This document shows positions 50,137-62,913 of a DNA stretch of 64,000 nt, in pieces (the first letter of the stretch is position 1; every line of letters begins with the position of its first letter). The translations under genes and the position numbers were made by a program. The notes under the pieces were generated by a model, which saw only the letters and a program-made list of their open reading frames with translations, was not told the DNA's origin and searched no databases. Source of the DNA: Phoronis australis (lineage: Eukaryota; Animalia; Phoronida); contig NMRA01000130.1 of NCBI GenBank assembly GCA_002633005.1, positions 372,001 through 436,000 on the forward strand, given 5' to 3'.

Positions 50137-53100
50137 CTACAAAAGAGCAACAGAGATTTTTTAAACACTTTTCTAAATCTCCCAATCTACCAGAGCGAGA
50201 GGAAAAATTTATAAAAAATATGGTAAATAAGGCAAATAAAACAAAGAATGGATTTGTATTTAATACTTGCCATGATTTGTCAGATTTCAAAATTTTCAAA
50301 GTGTCAAAGGGAAGTCGCAGCTTTTATGGTGCTCTTTGCATGCATTAATAGATGAACCTTACTTCAGACACATATTCGAGACACAATATTTGTCAGTGAT
50401 ATTGGTGAATTTCCAAATTTTACAATTTGTGAAAAAAGGAAACACAACTTGATGCATCATAAACTAACTGTAAACCCAGCAAAACTCCCTGGCTCATATT
50501 TTGACAGAGAAAATGCCACAAAACGTCAGCATTTCAGGCAAGCAAGTTAAGTCACCATGTCACAGGGATTACGTCCTTAGATTGTTCTACGTGCCGTAAA
50601 TGTGTCTACTTAACTGTCCACTCTTTACAGATAAGGTCAGTGGGTGCAGACATTGGTCAAATGAACCTAAGACAGTACTTGGCGGTGAAACAGTACACTA
50701 CAAATGTACTAGTAGTGTACTTTTGAGTGTAGCGTTAACTGGTCTCTCTACACAGAAATGTATTAACAACAGCATAGATAACATCATGTTTTTCATGGCG
50801 AATTTCATGATCAAGGACACCCGTAGAGTACGATATTTTAGCATTTTTTTCCTCGATCCATTTAATTAACAGTTTAACCAACACGTTATGCTGCAGTTTT
50901 AAAAAAATGACGAAATTGGCGAAGTTTCATGAAAGACTTGTTGAAACTCATGAAGCAACTTTTAAGACAATGCATTACCCGAGTGCATTATTTGCTAAAA
51001 AAGGGCGGGCATTCATTAACTTTTTGAAAACTACCGGAGGCGTTAATTGTCCAGCCATCAGTCATGTTTATCCATGCATAATGCACTTACCGCTGTAGAC
51101 CATTTCAAAGTTGAAGGGTTCACCACTGTACAGCTCGTTCAGGTGCTTCATGGCAATGATGAGGCACAACTCCAGCACTGACACACCTGGACAGGTAAAA
51201 TGTACAATAACACTTACCACTGATGATACCGCACAGAATATTGAAGACGCACATTGACCATTTTGTACACGTTCCGAACTTTAGTGGGAAAGGCTATTAG
51301 CCATGTACTGACGTGGGTGTGCATAAGTGATTGCGTAACAGTGATGATCTAACAGCAATAGGAACTGGCATGTAACCGCGGAAACCATTTTATTTATTGG
51401 GATGTTTTCAACTTATTTTGACGAAAAAAGAATAACGAACTTACACTAACAATAATGGAGTTTTGACCATTAAAATTGACGCACATTTGCCAAAGTTGCC
51501 AACACTTCATTTCACAGCTACTGTGAGAAGAGAAATTAATCTGTGACCGGAATCACATAACAAGCCACGGAGCTGAGTGAAGAAATTGGTGATTGGCATA
51601 TCCCTTAGAGAGGAGTTCAGACCCTGGGTGAAGTGCATAACCTGGGTCACTGTTTCTTGTCTTTTGTATAGGGAAATAACTTTTGATGCGGTTTAAAAGT
51701 CAGTTTTGCCGATGGACATGACAAAGGTATTCCTATGGTTTAGCACCAGGGACGCTAAATGGTAGTCTCAAAAACGCTCTGAGTAACCAAGGTTGGGCCA
51801 ATAACTAAGCATGTCTGTTTAATGGGGAAAATTAGAAGAAGAATGTTAAGCCGCACAAGTATAAAGTATTGAAAATTCTCCATTGTCCTGACTGCTTTAA
51901 GACATCTGAAGTACATCAATGTAGAACACTTAAGATGAAAGGCACAAACTTACCATGCAACATGGCGGCTTTAGGATCTGGCGCTATCACTTTTGGGCTT
52001 ATAAAGTCGGCGGCTTCAAGGAATGGGTGGTTCACAGAAAGCTTAGAAACAGGAAGCACCTGAAAAAGATAAAGGACTATTGCAGCAATCAAACAGTTGC
52101 TATTCCACGATAGGAGTCAGTTGACAACATCAGGGAAATATTGAAGTATGTTCCAGACAAAAGACATACCTTTTGACACTTAAATATTATATTTCAGTTG
52201 CTTCAACATCTCTTCATTTGTTTGTAGGTTTATTGAAAGTAGAACAATATTAAAAATGTAAAATGATACGCGAACAAATGGAGAGCATGGCATTCACTAG
52301 GTGGTGCTAGTGAGACAATGTACATAAAAATGCACGACAGGTAGTCAAGTGGGACCCTTGTTCCACCAAACAGCCCCTGTGTTGGTGAACAGCTTTCTGT
52401 TCTTAATCTACTCTGACAACAAAAAGCACCCGTCCATCATTAGCGCTACCTAGTGAATATGGAGTTACCACAACACGGTCACTATGCAATCATAGCAACA
52501 AGGGCAATTTCTACACGTAGAAATGTACCATTGCAGAAATGCCATTTAAAAGTTGCAAAATATCTGTAATTTTGTAAAAATGCCTTAGAAGTGATATTAC
52601 TTTTTGCCAAAATGCTGCAGAGTATTAACTTTTTCTTTACAAATTATGGTTCAATTGCAAAACCATTTCAGATACTTTTACAATTAAACAAACTTTGTTT
52701 TATAAGCTCAATGGCTGCACACCATTATTTCAGAGCTCATTTAGACAAAATAGTCTTTGTTTTCAGATAGGCTCACAGTGTTGGCTGCCCATTACCAGTA
52801 TTGACTGCAGACTTCGTATGCTTCGTGTCACCATGAACTGTTTCTTCAGCATGTCTTGTAGAGCTGGCACCTTACATAACTCCTGTAAATGAAAACACAC
52901 CATGAGTGATACTAGCAGAAACACGATCAAGGTGGAGGATAGTCTCGAACCCAGACTCTACAGGCATTTGTGCCAGGTGTAGAACTCTGACATCTGGTTC
53001 TCGATTGGTCAGTCAATGATGAGGTCAATCAATTTATTCCAATTAGCCGAACATTAAAATATGCTTTTGTAACCGTAACTGGTGAAACTTAGTCATAATC

Positions 53101-56100
53101 CAGGAGATAAATGAGAAGACAAAAGTAGTCCTATTCAATTGTTTCCCCTTTCCCTGCTCACATAAAGGTTATCCAATGTTTGTCACTGAATTATTACAGA
53201 GAATGACATCTCCAATGTTAATAGTTTTGAGTTTCAGACTACTACGTGGAGTACAGACAGGCGTCCATTAGATGTATCACAAAGAACAAGAAAATCACCA
53301 TTTTGTGAGTCCGCTCAAAAATAGTTCGGCAAAGAGATAATTTATGAGAACAGGGAGAAGAAGAAGAAGTAATCAAAAGCAGAATTATTTGCTTGGCATT
53401 GCTCCTGATACCCGATATTACAAGATGTCTTGCTTTTTGCGTCTAACAATACTGCACATGGTTATACATGTAACAATTAATCTAGTAAGAAAATGAGCTA
53501 CCGTTGACTTACAAAGTAAATATGCTAGGGATGTTCTGAATGAAGCTAGCAGAAAAAAGAGAACTTGTGAAAAAAAATTGCCATACAGAATGAAACTCTA
53601 AGTGGCCAAATATTGCTCATTGAAACTGGAAGCAAACGTGTGACCCAGTTTAGATTGCTTCAAGAAAGTTGCCAGTATCACTCCATGTGAGTGGTAAGCT
53701 AGGGGTTGGGAGATTTGAACCATACAGCACATGGGTACCTTAGGTGGACCTATGAACAGCTTTAAAGTATTTCCTGACTTTTACCACGTGAGAGCCATTT
53801 CTGAGCTGCAGCACTCACTATTAACCACAAAAATAGGCTACAGTAATTCTAAACCAATTTTGCACAACAATAATTAATTGCCAAAAATGTGAATTTGTGA
53901 AAAGAACATATCCACAAAATTTAAAGAACATGCATCCAAGGGTTTTGGAGATACAGCAGCAGATGCTGGGCGGACACTGAAAGGACGTCGGACAGACAGA
54001 GATGACGGCATACTGCCCCCGCATACTCATGTGTCGGCACACAGAAATGGTCCTACCTGGTAAGGAGTCATTGTCAAAAATACTGAATTGAACCATTTTA
54101 TAATGAAAAGTGCACGCATAATCCTTCATTGAACATTGTAGCTATCACGAGAAACATTTTGTTTTTCCAAAATTTCGGCCAAATTAAGATGCATTGCAAA
54201 ACACTAGGTGTGGTTACATACGTATGTTTCATGTAATACAAAAATTAAATTATTCTAAGTTAATCAATTTGGCCACTAGGGGTTGCTGCATGTCAGGATG
54301 AGCAAAGTTGATGATATTGTATTTTTATAAATTAACATGAAATAAGAAAAATTATTTAGATCTGCCGAGTGATTTTCAAATTTTTCAGAAATAACATAGA
54401 AAATAAATCTCAAACTAAAAGAGGCAATCCAGATCCTCTAAAGGATACACTTGAATAAATCTCTGTTGACAAAGGATGCTATTATATCTGAAAATTTTAA
54501 GAGATCCATTTTTGTTGTTTTATTTACGTATATTTATTCAGAAATAAAAAATGTTGAACTTTTTAGTAACCCATTGTCCTCTATGACATGTCAAAAAACT
54601 ATCGGACAAAATCCCATTTTACTTGTCAATTGAGCTGACTAATTCATTTCAGTAGATTGAGAGTTAAAGTGCAACTGTTACACCATATCTAAATTTTTTG
54701 CTACTTTTTTATAAGTAAGGCAATTTAAAAAACGTAAAATAACACTTGAATGAATGCAGAGCATGACATTCACAAGGTAGCGCTAGTGAGACAACAGCAG
54801 ATTCTCAGACAGTGATTCCCAGACACTCAGCCATCACAACAGTTATCTTGATATGTCTAATATACATTGAACTCTGAAAGTGATAAGCGGGTGAATTTAG
54901 TGCATCACATTCATTTACAAAATGAGTTTGTCACCCGGAGGCAAATTTAATATAACTTAGATAATAATACATAATTAAAATGACAAACGTTTCTTGTCAC
55001 ACATGTCACGAAACTTGGAGAATGACAAGGGCACGCGAAATGCTTGGGATAGGTCTTTTCTTGGTGATGGTCCAATACAGTGGTGCCGCCACCAATGATC
55101 AAACCGATGTAGTGAGAGAACTGAAGAGGCTTCAGATGCAAATTCAAGGATTCCAAATGCAACTGAGCGAACAGCTGAACATGCAGAAGGCCCAGATAAG
55201 CGCAATGGAAAAGCAGTTGGGCAATGAGCTTCAAGCCACCCAAGTGGAAACGTCTACGATGAAAACTAGCCTCAAGTCAGTTCAGTCCGAGATGACATCG
55301 ATGGCCGACCAACTAAAAACCTTGCAAATGAACATGCAATCGGTAACAGCTAGCACAACAGTAGCTGAAACCGAGCTGTCGGCTCTTCATGCCGAAACGA
55401 AAGCAGTGCAGTTTGGAATGGCAACGATCAACCAAAGAGTAGAAATGGTCGACGGCAAGATGTCGACCACAACATCCCTACTCAACCAGTACAAAGATGC
55501 AGTGGCCTTATGGAGTCAAAAGCAAAACCAATGTTGCCTGACAACACAGAAGTACATATCCAAGGCAACCACAACCACACAAATCACTACAAAAAATACA
55601 GTGACCGCACCCACTTCAACTAAGCCAATCGCAACAACCACAACCACTACTACTACTAAACAGACCACCCCATCCACCACGCCGACTTTCAAGCCACTGA
55701 CAGGATGTCCACAAAGCTTCATCCAGTTTAGACAGTCCTGCTACAAATTGACCAACACCCCTACTTTATCATATGCGTCGGCACTGGGTCAATGCAAAAG
55801 TTTCGGAGCTCATCTTTTAGAGATAGGTTCAGTGCAAGAAACAAACTTATTGAAGTTATGGGTACTTCTAAAGGCAGCGCGCTATTCAACATTGTGGATT
55901 GGTGGCAACAAAATTGGAAAGGATGGTATATGGAGATGGCAGTCTACAGGTGACAAAATTTCATACACCAACTGGAACGCAGGTAAATTATGATGCACAA
56001 TTCAATTATTGCAAAAATGTTTGTTGAGTTTTAACAAAAACTACAAAATGGACCGTGCTTAAAAGGAAACTAAACCCTTTTTTGATTTCAGCCAAATCCT

Positions 56101-59100
56101 CATTCTTTCACCAACTAATGCATTATTGGCATCAATTTTGAACGATAAAAACTCCACTCCCTACCTCACAGTTTGGACATTACGGTTCTTGGTGGGTGGT
56201 CTTTCCAGCAGTTGCCTTGTAATTCGCTAAAATCGTAGGCCACATTTGCCCATTTAGAAGACTTGGAAAGAAGTTATCAATTTTTTCTCCAAACTCTTGA
56301 GGGTTTTCGAGGGTTACAGAGCATTATTTTATTTCAGAGAACTTTACGGGAAAGTCGTTTTTAATAGGCCAAAACCGGGTCTGGTATTCTTTTAAGCTTT
56401 CGACAGGCAACTGCAATTAACAAGTGAAATAACCTAAAAGATCAATATTAACATAATAAAATGTCCAACCTTTCATTTAGAACACAATATAATGACAGCA
56501 AAAATCAATTTTGAATATCTGAATAAAGAAAAAATTTACTTAAAGCCATTATAAACCATATTCTGATGTCAAATACATTATCTACAGGCATATTTGTTCT
56601 TTCAAAGCGATGCCATCAGGTTAACCTTACCTAGCCTGATCCCAACAATCAAGGATTTACGAAATTGTTGTTGTGACCCATGAATATTGAAAAAGAAGTC
56701 AAATACGGCAATTATGTTTCTTACGTTACAACTAAGAGGCAAAGATTGCTGGAAACTATTAACTATAGTATTGTTTATTGTTTCTGTTTCGTGATTGAGT
56801 CGCGTACGTGTATTTGTGTATCCTCTTTCATTAATGTTGCTGTAATATGCACTATGGGCCTATCGCATCATGGAGAAATTTTGTCAGAGTTTGCCATGCC
56901 TTTGTGTTTTGGTTATCACGGGGTTGGGGAAGGAAGGGAAGCGTCAACTGGACTTATCAGGTGTTGCCATGGCATTCTAACACGAGTGCATACAGTGCCA
57001 TTCCTGTCTTATGGGTCAATAAATGGGGAGTGATGCTGGGTCTGTACTAAACACCATATGCTCTGTTACAGATGCACCACTTAGCATTACAGGACTAGAC
57101 TGCATGTATACCTGTAAAAGACACTCCTTCAAATGGCATAATGCTTTGTGCAACGAGAAGAAAGGATATATCTGCGAAGCAGAGCTTGCATAATGAAATC
57201 AATACAGCACATGACTAAGACGGTTGTCAGTGTTTAAGGTGACGGCACTTAAAGGGATACTAAACCCGGTTTTCGTCAATGACCAGACATTGACTACGGC
57301 CTGCTCATATTCTTTAAAATGCAATAATCCTCTGATACTGTTGTCACTCCTTGACACTTTGAAGAAAGTTTGAAAACTCCTTATAAAGTCAGCTAAATCA
57401 GCAAGTGTGACTAAAACTTTAGGCGAGTTACACAACCAGAGTGGTGGGAAAGGACGACTTCTTCAAAACACAAAATCTAATTCATGATGACGTGGGAAAG
57501 TGCCTTAGTTAAACAACAGTGCACTCTAGAACATGACAAAACCACCTGTTGGACATTTTCGTCAAAACTAGGTTTAGTATCCTTTTAGAACAGGGCAGCA
57601 GGCCTTAATTTTGGTACCAGGATACTCCAAGAAGAAATAAAAACAGAATTTATGCATTAATTAATAATTGCTTTTTCATCCACTAGAATAAATTTCAACT
57701 TTAGTTTTGCACGCTCCACCCTATTAGCATCACTATGTACACTTTCATAATTATACAAGTTCTGAAAATCGTGTCAATCACATCATTCATTTAATCAAAA
57801 TTCATACGGAGAAGCTCTAAACTTACTAAAACCTCAAAATAATTATTATCTATTGTTTCAATATGCTTATTTATTGATGATTCAAACAAAGGTTAGGCGC
57901 ATAAGGAAACAATGAAACGAGATGTTTGGTGGCATACATGAAAAAACAGTCATCCTACCAAACAGATAAATCAATGTAGTCTAGTAACCACTCCTTGGGA
58001 TCCTTATCTACGAATGCACCCAAGCAGATTTAATATCGACATTCATGTTCTCACTTTATGAGAGCAAGATAATCAAAATAGGACCCCGTCTTTAAAAGCG
58101 TCACCAAGTGAACTGTCAAATTATGTTACACCATACGTTTATGGAGTACAATTTAAGGTTATGTAAGACCTCATCTTTGCAATCAAATTGTTTCTAAGAA
58201 AATCATAAAGTCCTATATTTTGGGAGCCCCTAATGCAAAAGTGGAATATTATGAAAAATTCCTAACAATGCTTTGGAGAATAGTGAATAAATCATAGTAT
58301 CTTTAAGTTTCACACAAATTTGATCATCCATTTATGACATGATGATCAAAATTTAGCAAAATTCTGACATTTTTCTAGGACCCTACATAAACTTAAATTG
58401 TGAAAGTTAAAAATTCTCTAGTGTGAGGCAGTGTAAAATCAGTTATTTTGGTCAAGGTCCCAGTGCATAAAAATTTTCAAAATAGGTAATATGGGCCGTC
58501 CCAGATTTAAGAATAACAAACTTTTACATCAGCAGATATATTATGTGATTTTATCTCACACTCAGTTATTGTAGAATGTAGTGTCCAATATTTGAGAAAT
58601 GTGACGCCAAAATTACTCGTGTCCTACATTTCAGATACAGGAAAATGGAATGTTGGCTTGAATTTCGGTGTCGCAAATTTTGAGACTTTCCCGACTTGAA
58701 AAATTGGACCATACCACATATATCACAGATTCAGTACCTGCACTTGGCATCATAACATTTATTTGACTTACTGTGTTGCTTAGTAGATAAATTGAAACAA
58801 CTAAGATATCAATAACTCATCTTTACCTTAAAATATCTTTCCATACATGGATGTATTTTGACCCATGGTTTGTATGTGAAGCAGTGCCTATATCTTGACC
58901 CTACGGCTGAAACACTTGAATAAGACACCAAAGGGCAAACTTTTACGTAACACACAATAATTCTCCCGTTATTCAGGACACAATATGGCCGACGAGTGAA
59001 ACTTTAATTTGTCAAATTTCTCCAAAAGAATAAAGACTAAGAAAATTTTAGTCGATTACTGGCACAGTTTGTAATCTGTAGATTTTGCAAAACAACTTTG

Positions 59101-62100
59101 GTAAATTTTCCATTATTTGTATTACAGTAATAAGCCTTTGAAAAGGGGAAAATTATGAATTTGTCAAATATTTTTATGCGCAATAAGTGAAACCTTATCT
59201 ATCTGCTAGAAAATAGTAGACTTTGACATTTTCATTATTTGTCGTAATCAGCCTTAGAAAATGAGAAAACGATAAGTTTATGGATTAATTTCACGCAAAA
59301 TAACTGGAGATTTACCACAAGAAAAACTTGACTTATTCGTTACTTAACGACAGTTTGATGAGAATTCAATCCTAAGAACTAATTTCAAACTCATCAAGGT
59401 TTATGAGGTCATTAAAATGAAAAATTTTGACAGTATTGTGTTTTACATGTCTAAAGCTTACAGCTGTCAAAAAATAATCAAAACTGGACGTATTTTGACC
59501 CACGAGTAGCCAACGTTCTTCAAAAGCGATGAAAGGCCATTTTAATGGTGTACTCTTTCCTACTAACAAAAGATGACCACACTCTGTCTGACAACTGAAA
59601 CTATATCATAAATTACCCATAGATCAATCATTTCAATTTTTACAAACTATTTCACTTAGGCGGTGGTGTAACGCCACCGACACACTGAAAATAATTGAGA
59701 TTTATCTCCCCATTTGCTCCTAATTGACTCGATTGATTGAAAAACATGTCACACGAATCAATCATCATGGCTAAGAACATATTCAGGGATGCCAATCTTT
59801 CCTCCTCACAGTCTCTACGGACCTTCTCATTTACAGTGTTCTTTTATAATTAATGCAATTATTTTCAGATGAGCTGTATTTTTTCGCATCAATCAAAAAT
59901 CATTTCTTACAAGTTCTTTTCTCAATGACCACATTTTTTTCTCAAGAATAGAGTTCTCCCCGCGACAAATTGTCACTTCGAGGGGCAACTTCCATAATTT
60001 TGCCACTTAAATTAAAGCATGGTTAGGAGGCCTTTTTTCTAATGAACAGAACCAAGATCGACGGATAATATTCAGAAAGATATAAATTTGTACAAATATT
60101 CTTCAAAATACTGGTGAATTGTTTTAAACACCTAAAGCGAGTTGGAGGTTGGCATAGGGTTTCTCCGGCATGGAAACTTTCGCTCAAGACAACAAACTTG
60201 GCAGAATTGGAAAGCGAGTGTTAACAGTGTAATCCCAAGTGTCAAATGAGTTCCATGTCATCCGATAAAATTTGAGAGAAGATGAACAAATACATTATGT
60301 AAATCAACCTGCCATTAATAGCATGAATAGGAAAATAATTAGATGTGCGCAGCATGAAGTCTTTTAGTTCATAAAGGGAAAGAACAGGCATTTGGACGGT
60401 ATGAATGAATAATGTCATGTTGAGGTAGGCGAGAGAAGATCTATGTTACTGGGCAAAGAATTGTTGTTACGATCAAATCAGTTAACTAGAAAGAAATTGG
60501 GTTAGTAAGATATGAATAGCTGTTGATGAGAAAAAAGCGACAGTTTGTAAGAAACGAACTGGGTTAATGAGAAAACGAAGCTGTTAATGAGAGCACGAGG
60601 AAGGAAGACTTGCACTACACGCAGTGTGTCGATAAAACAACTCCCTTATCAAAAGATTTCGATGAAGACTAAGATAAAGAAGGAGTCAATTGACAACGTT
60701 CAGAGGGGTGTCGACTGATCCGATACCGACGAATGCACTGATACAGTACATCCCTACCAGCTGATACAGTCATTATTTTAGTGAGAGATGCAGGAACAGG
60801 GACGACCAAATGACCACGAGTGAGGCCAATTTTCTGCTCATATATTACCTTTTCCACTTGTATTTTCGAGCGTTTACTAGTTTATGTCAAGCCATACATA
60901 CCGTAGAAATTATATATCTAAGAGTCGAGTCAAATCTGTTCGTGTTAACTAAATTCTCCATTTCTGTAGTCACGTGACCAGGCATTTTTATGGGGAAAAT
61001 GTCATTTTTGAAAGGCACATCAATAGGGAAACTCCAACTATGAACCAGTTTTCCTTAGACAGACTAGAAATGATTTCTGGCCTCGAAAAGACCTGAGAGT
61101 TCACAACGATTTCATGCATAAAACGTGCACCTGATTCAAGTCAACTCAATGAGCCCGGTCTTGCACAGTGACAAACATTTAGTTCTTCCCAAGTCCACAA
61201 ACAACTTCAAGTACCAGTATGGGACAAGTTGAGAAAAATTTTTATGATCATATCAGATTGAAATTAAAAGTTCAGATGAATAATTCAATAGGAATATAGT
61301 CCTGAATTAAACTATCAATCATTATCAACCCAAGCTCAGTCAATCAAAGATATCTAGAGACACCAAAGCTTCAAAAGCACACCACGCCAGCTTTTAACTC
61401 CCTCTCCCCCAGTGTACGTTTCATACGCATTTGTGGATAATCACGCACAATCCTTAAAAGGATACTAAACCCTGTTTCGCTGATTTTGACCAATCCTCTT
61501 TCTGTCACCAGCTGATGAATCACTGGCCTCTCACTTGAGTGATAAAAGCAGAATTCAACTAAAAAGTTGTGTTCCTGTGTCACACGATAGAATACCATGA
61601 CTCTTATTGGGTGGTCTTTCTCTACAGTTGTCGCATAACTCGACTAAAGCGTAGGTCCTGCTTGCCCATTTAGCAGACTGTGAAAGGAGTTCTCAAATTT
61701 TTCTTCAAACTTTTGAGGGCTAACAATGGTTACATAGCATTACTTTGTTTCAGAAAACTAAATGGGGAAAGTCGTTTTTAACAGGCCAAAACCAGGTTTC
61801 GTATCCTTTTAAGACAAATTTCTATCTTCTTCAATAAGTGACAAAATGATCGATTACCTCTATCCTGGAGTCCCACTCCTTGACAAACTCCTTGTCCACC
61901 TCATCCTCTGACAGACTCAGCACAGTCTTGAAAGCCTGCAGGTAAGTCTGGAAGTCCATATTGGTGAACAGGTGTATCTGTCGATGGGAGAAACGAGAGC
62001 GTACTCTCTTCTCCAATAGCTCGACGACATCCTACAACGTAACAACGCCGAAGTATATGTGGCCAATTACCAACATGCAACATGACTGTTGATGCTACTT

Positions 62101-62913
62101 GGTATGCACATGTTTAAAGTTATTCAGGATCTTAAACAACAAATTTGCTTTTAGCCAAATATTTCCAAAACTTTAAAATTTAACTTCGCAAAGGTATATT
62201 TTTGTGAAACCAGTTTTCCAAATAATCATTTACTTTTCATTTTACGCAACCTGTGTTGACGAACTAAACATCGTTTTTCATCAAAATCATAGAAGACTTA
62301 TTTTTGAGAGCCCCTCATGCAAAACTGGAATGTTTTAAAAACAACTGCTAACAACATTTCAGAGAATAGTGAATAAAGCATAATATTTGAAAATTTAAAT
62401 TGAATAGAATCAGCCATTTCCTAAATAAGATGATCTAAATTTAGTCAAATTTGGACATTTTTCTAGATTCCTAAATAACCTGAACTTCCCAATCAATGGA
62501 GGCCACGCTTACAGCACAAACATTATCGCCACTACTTGTCTACTGCTGTTAAATGTAAGTGTATTACTTGTGATTTGTTATGCTTAGTTTCCGCCAAACT
62601 GTCAAACTAATTCATCTCCCAAGATAATCCCAGAATGCATCACAATACTCTCCAACTCGAGAAAAAGAGTTAAAAACGTATTATTCTGAAAAATTCCCCA
62701 TTCACTGCACATGGAATGAAATGGAAGTATCAGAAGAAAAAATCACAATTTGTATCCTACTCACCAGGTGGCATGACAGTCCAACTACACAGATGGGGGT
62801 CTGTGCTGATTGGGCAACATCGAATAAGTTGTAGAGCAAAGTCTGGTTCTTGTGGTGTGTGAAAGCATCAAACTCATCTAACACGAACAGGATGGTCTTA
62901 CTCTTATGTCCTC
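49883..62913 (-). CDS. ORC4: Origin recognition complex subunit 4, 3' six coding exons (5' part beyond window end)
   Basis: Joined exons give Walker [68 protein letters not shown], all characteristic of ORC4. Confidence 0.95.
51091..51186 (-). CDS. ORC4: ORC4 exon ([32 protein letters not shown])
   Basis: gtccag / GTAAGT on minus, winged-helix start motif. Confidence 0.93.
51954..52059 (-). CDS. ORC4: ORC4 exon ([19 protein letters not shown]...DPKAAMLH)
   Basis: tttcag / GTAAGT on minus, HPF and DxKxxxxHG motifs. Confidence 0.9.
52292..52459. mobile_element. Short TIR element; solo end at about 54768-54795
   Basis: ATTCACTAGGTGGTGCTAGTGA / TCATTAGCGCTACCTAGTGAAT. Confidence 0.65.
52796..52882 (-). 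CDS. ORC4: ORC4 exon ([29 protein letters not shown])
   Basis: ttacag / GTAATG on minus, 87 nt phase 0-0, fits the ORC4 lid region. Confidence 0.85.
55022..55982 (+). CDS. Nested secreted C-type lectin-domain protein, exon 1 (signal peptide, coiled coil, Thr-rich linker, N-half of CTLD)
   Basis: Long ORF (in-frame ATGs at 54980, 55022, 55040; start uncertain); hydrophobic [16 protein letters not shown]; Q/M/E-rich heptads; poly-Thr; CPxxFxxFxxSCY, WIGG, WRW, YTNW; donor GTAAAT phase 1. Confidence 0.88.
56059..56395. mobile_element. Kolobok-like MITE in lectin intron
   Basis: TTAA flanks, AAGGAAACTAAACC / GGTCTGGTATTCTT ends, shared body. Confidence 0.75.
57072..57193 (+). CDS. Nested C-type lectin, exon 2 ([40 protein letters not shown])
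   Basis: ttacag acceptor in phase 1; completes the CTLD pattern DC...W...C.....YICE; TAA at 57191-57193; AATAAA at 57636 and 57687. Confidence 0.88.
57249..57587. mobile_element. Kolobok-like MITE, same TIRs but different body, in lectin 3' UTR
   Basis: TTAA-AGGGATACTAAACCCGGTTTT / AAAACTAGGTTTAGTATCCTT. Confidence 0.7.
60440..60600. repeat. Degenerate purine-rich minisatellite (about 21-bp, GTTAATGAGAAA core)
   Basis: Recurring GTTrrTrAGAAA motif. Confidence 0.5.
61454..61812. mobile_element. Kolobok-like MITE
   Basis: TTAA-AAGGATACTAAACC ... GGTTTCGTATCCTT-TTAA. Confidence 0.8.
61858..62031 (-). CDS. ORC4: ORC4 exon ([21 protein letters not shown]...EWDSRIE)
   Basis: ttgtag / GTAATC on minus, arginine-finger SRF motif. 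Confidence 0.95.
62765..62913 (-). CDS. ORC4: ORC4 exon ([31 protein letters not shown]...VGLSCHL)
   Basis: tttcag / GTGAGT on minus, Walker B. Confidence 0.95.

Noticed and set aside
52925-52990. Reverse B-box-like GGGTTCGAGAC suggesting a tRNA or SINE
   Set aside because: No cloverleaf or clear A box; at most a decayed SINE fragment.
56620-56680. PNN-encoding stretch as an alternative lectin exon 2
   Set aside because: No downstream Cys/Trp CTLD pattern and an early stop; 57072-57193 fits far better.
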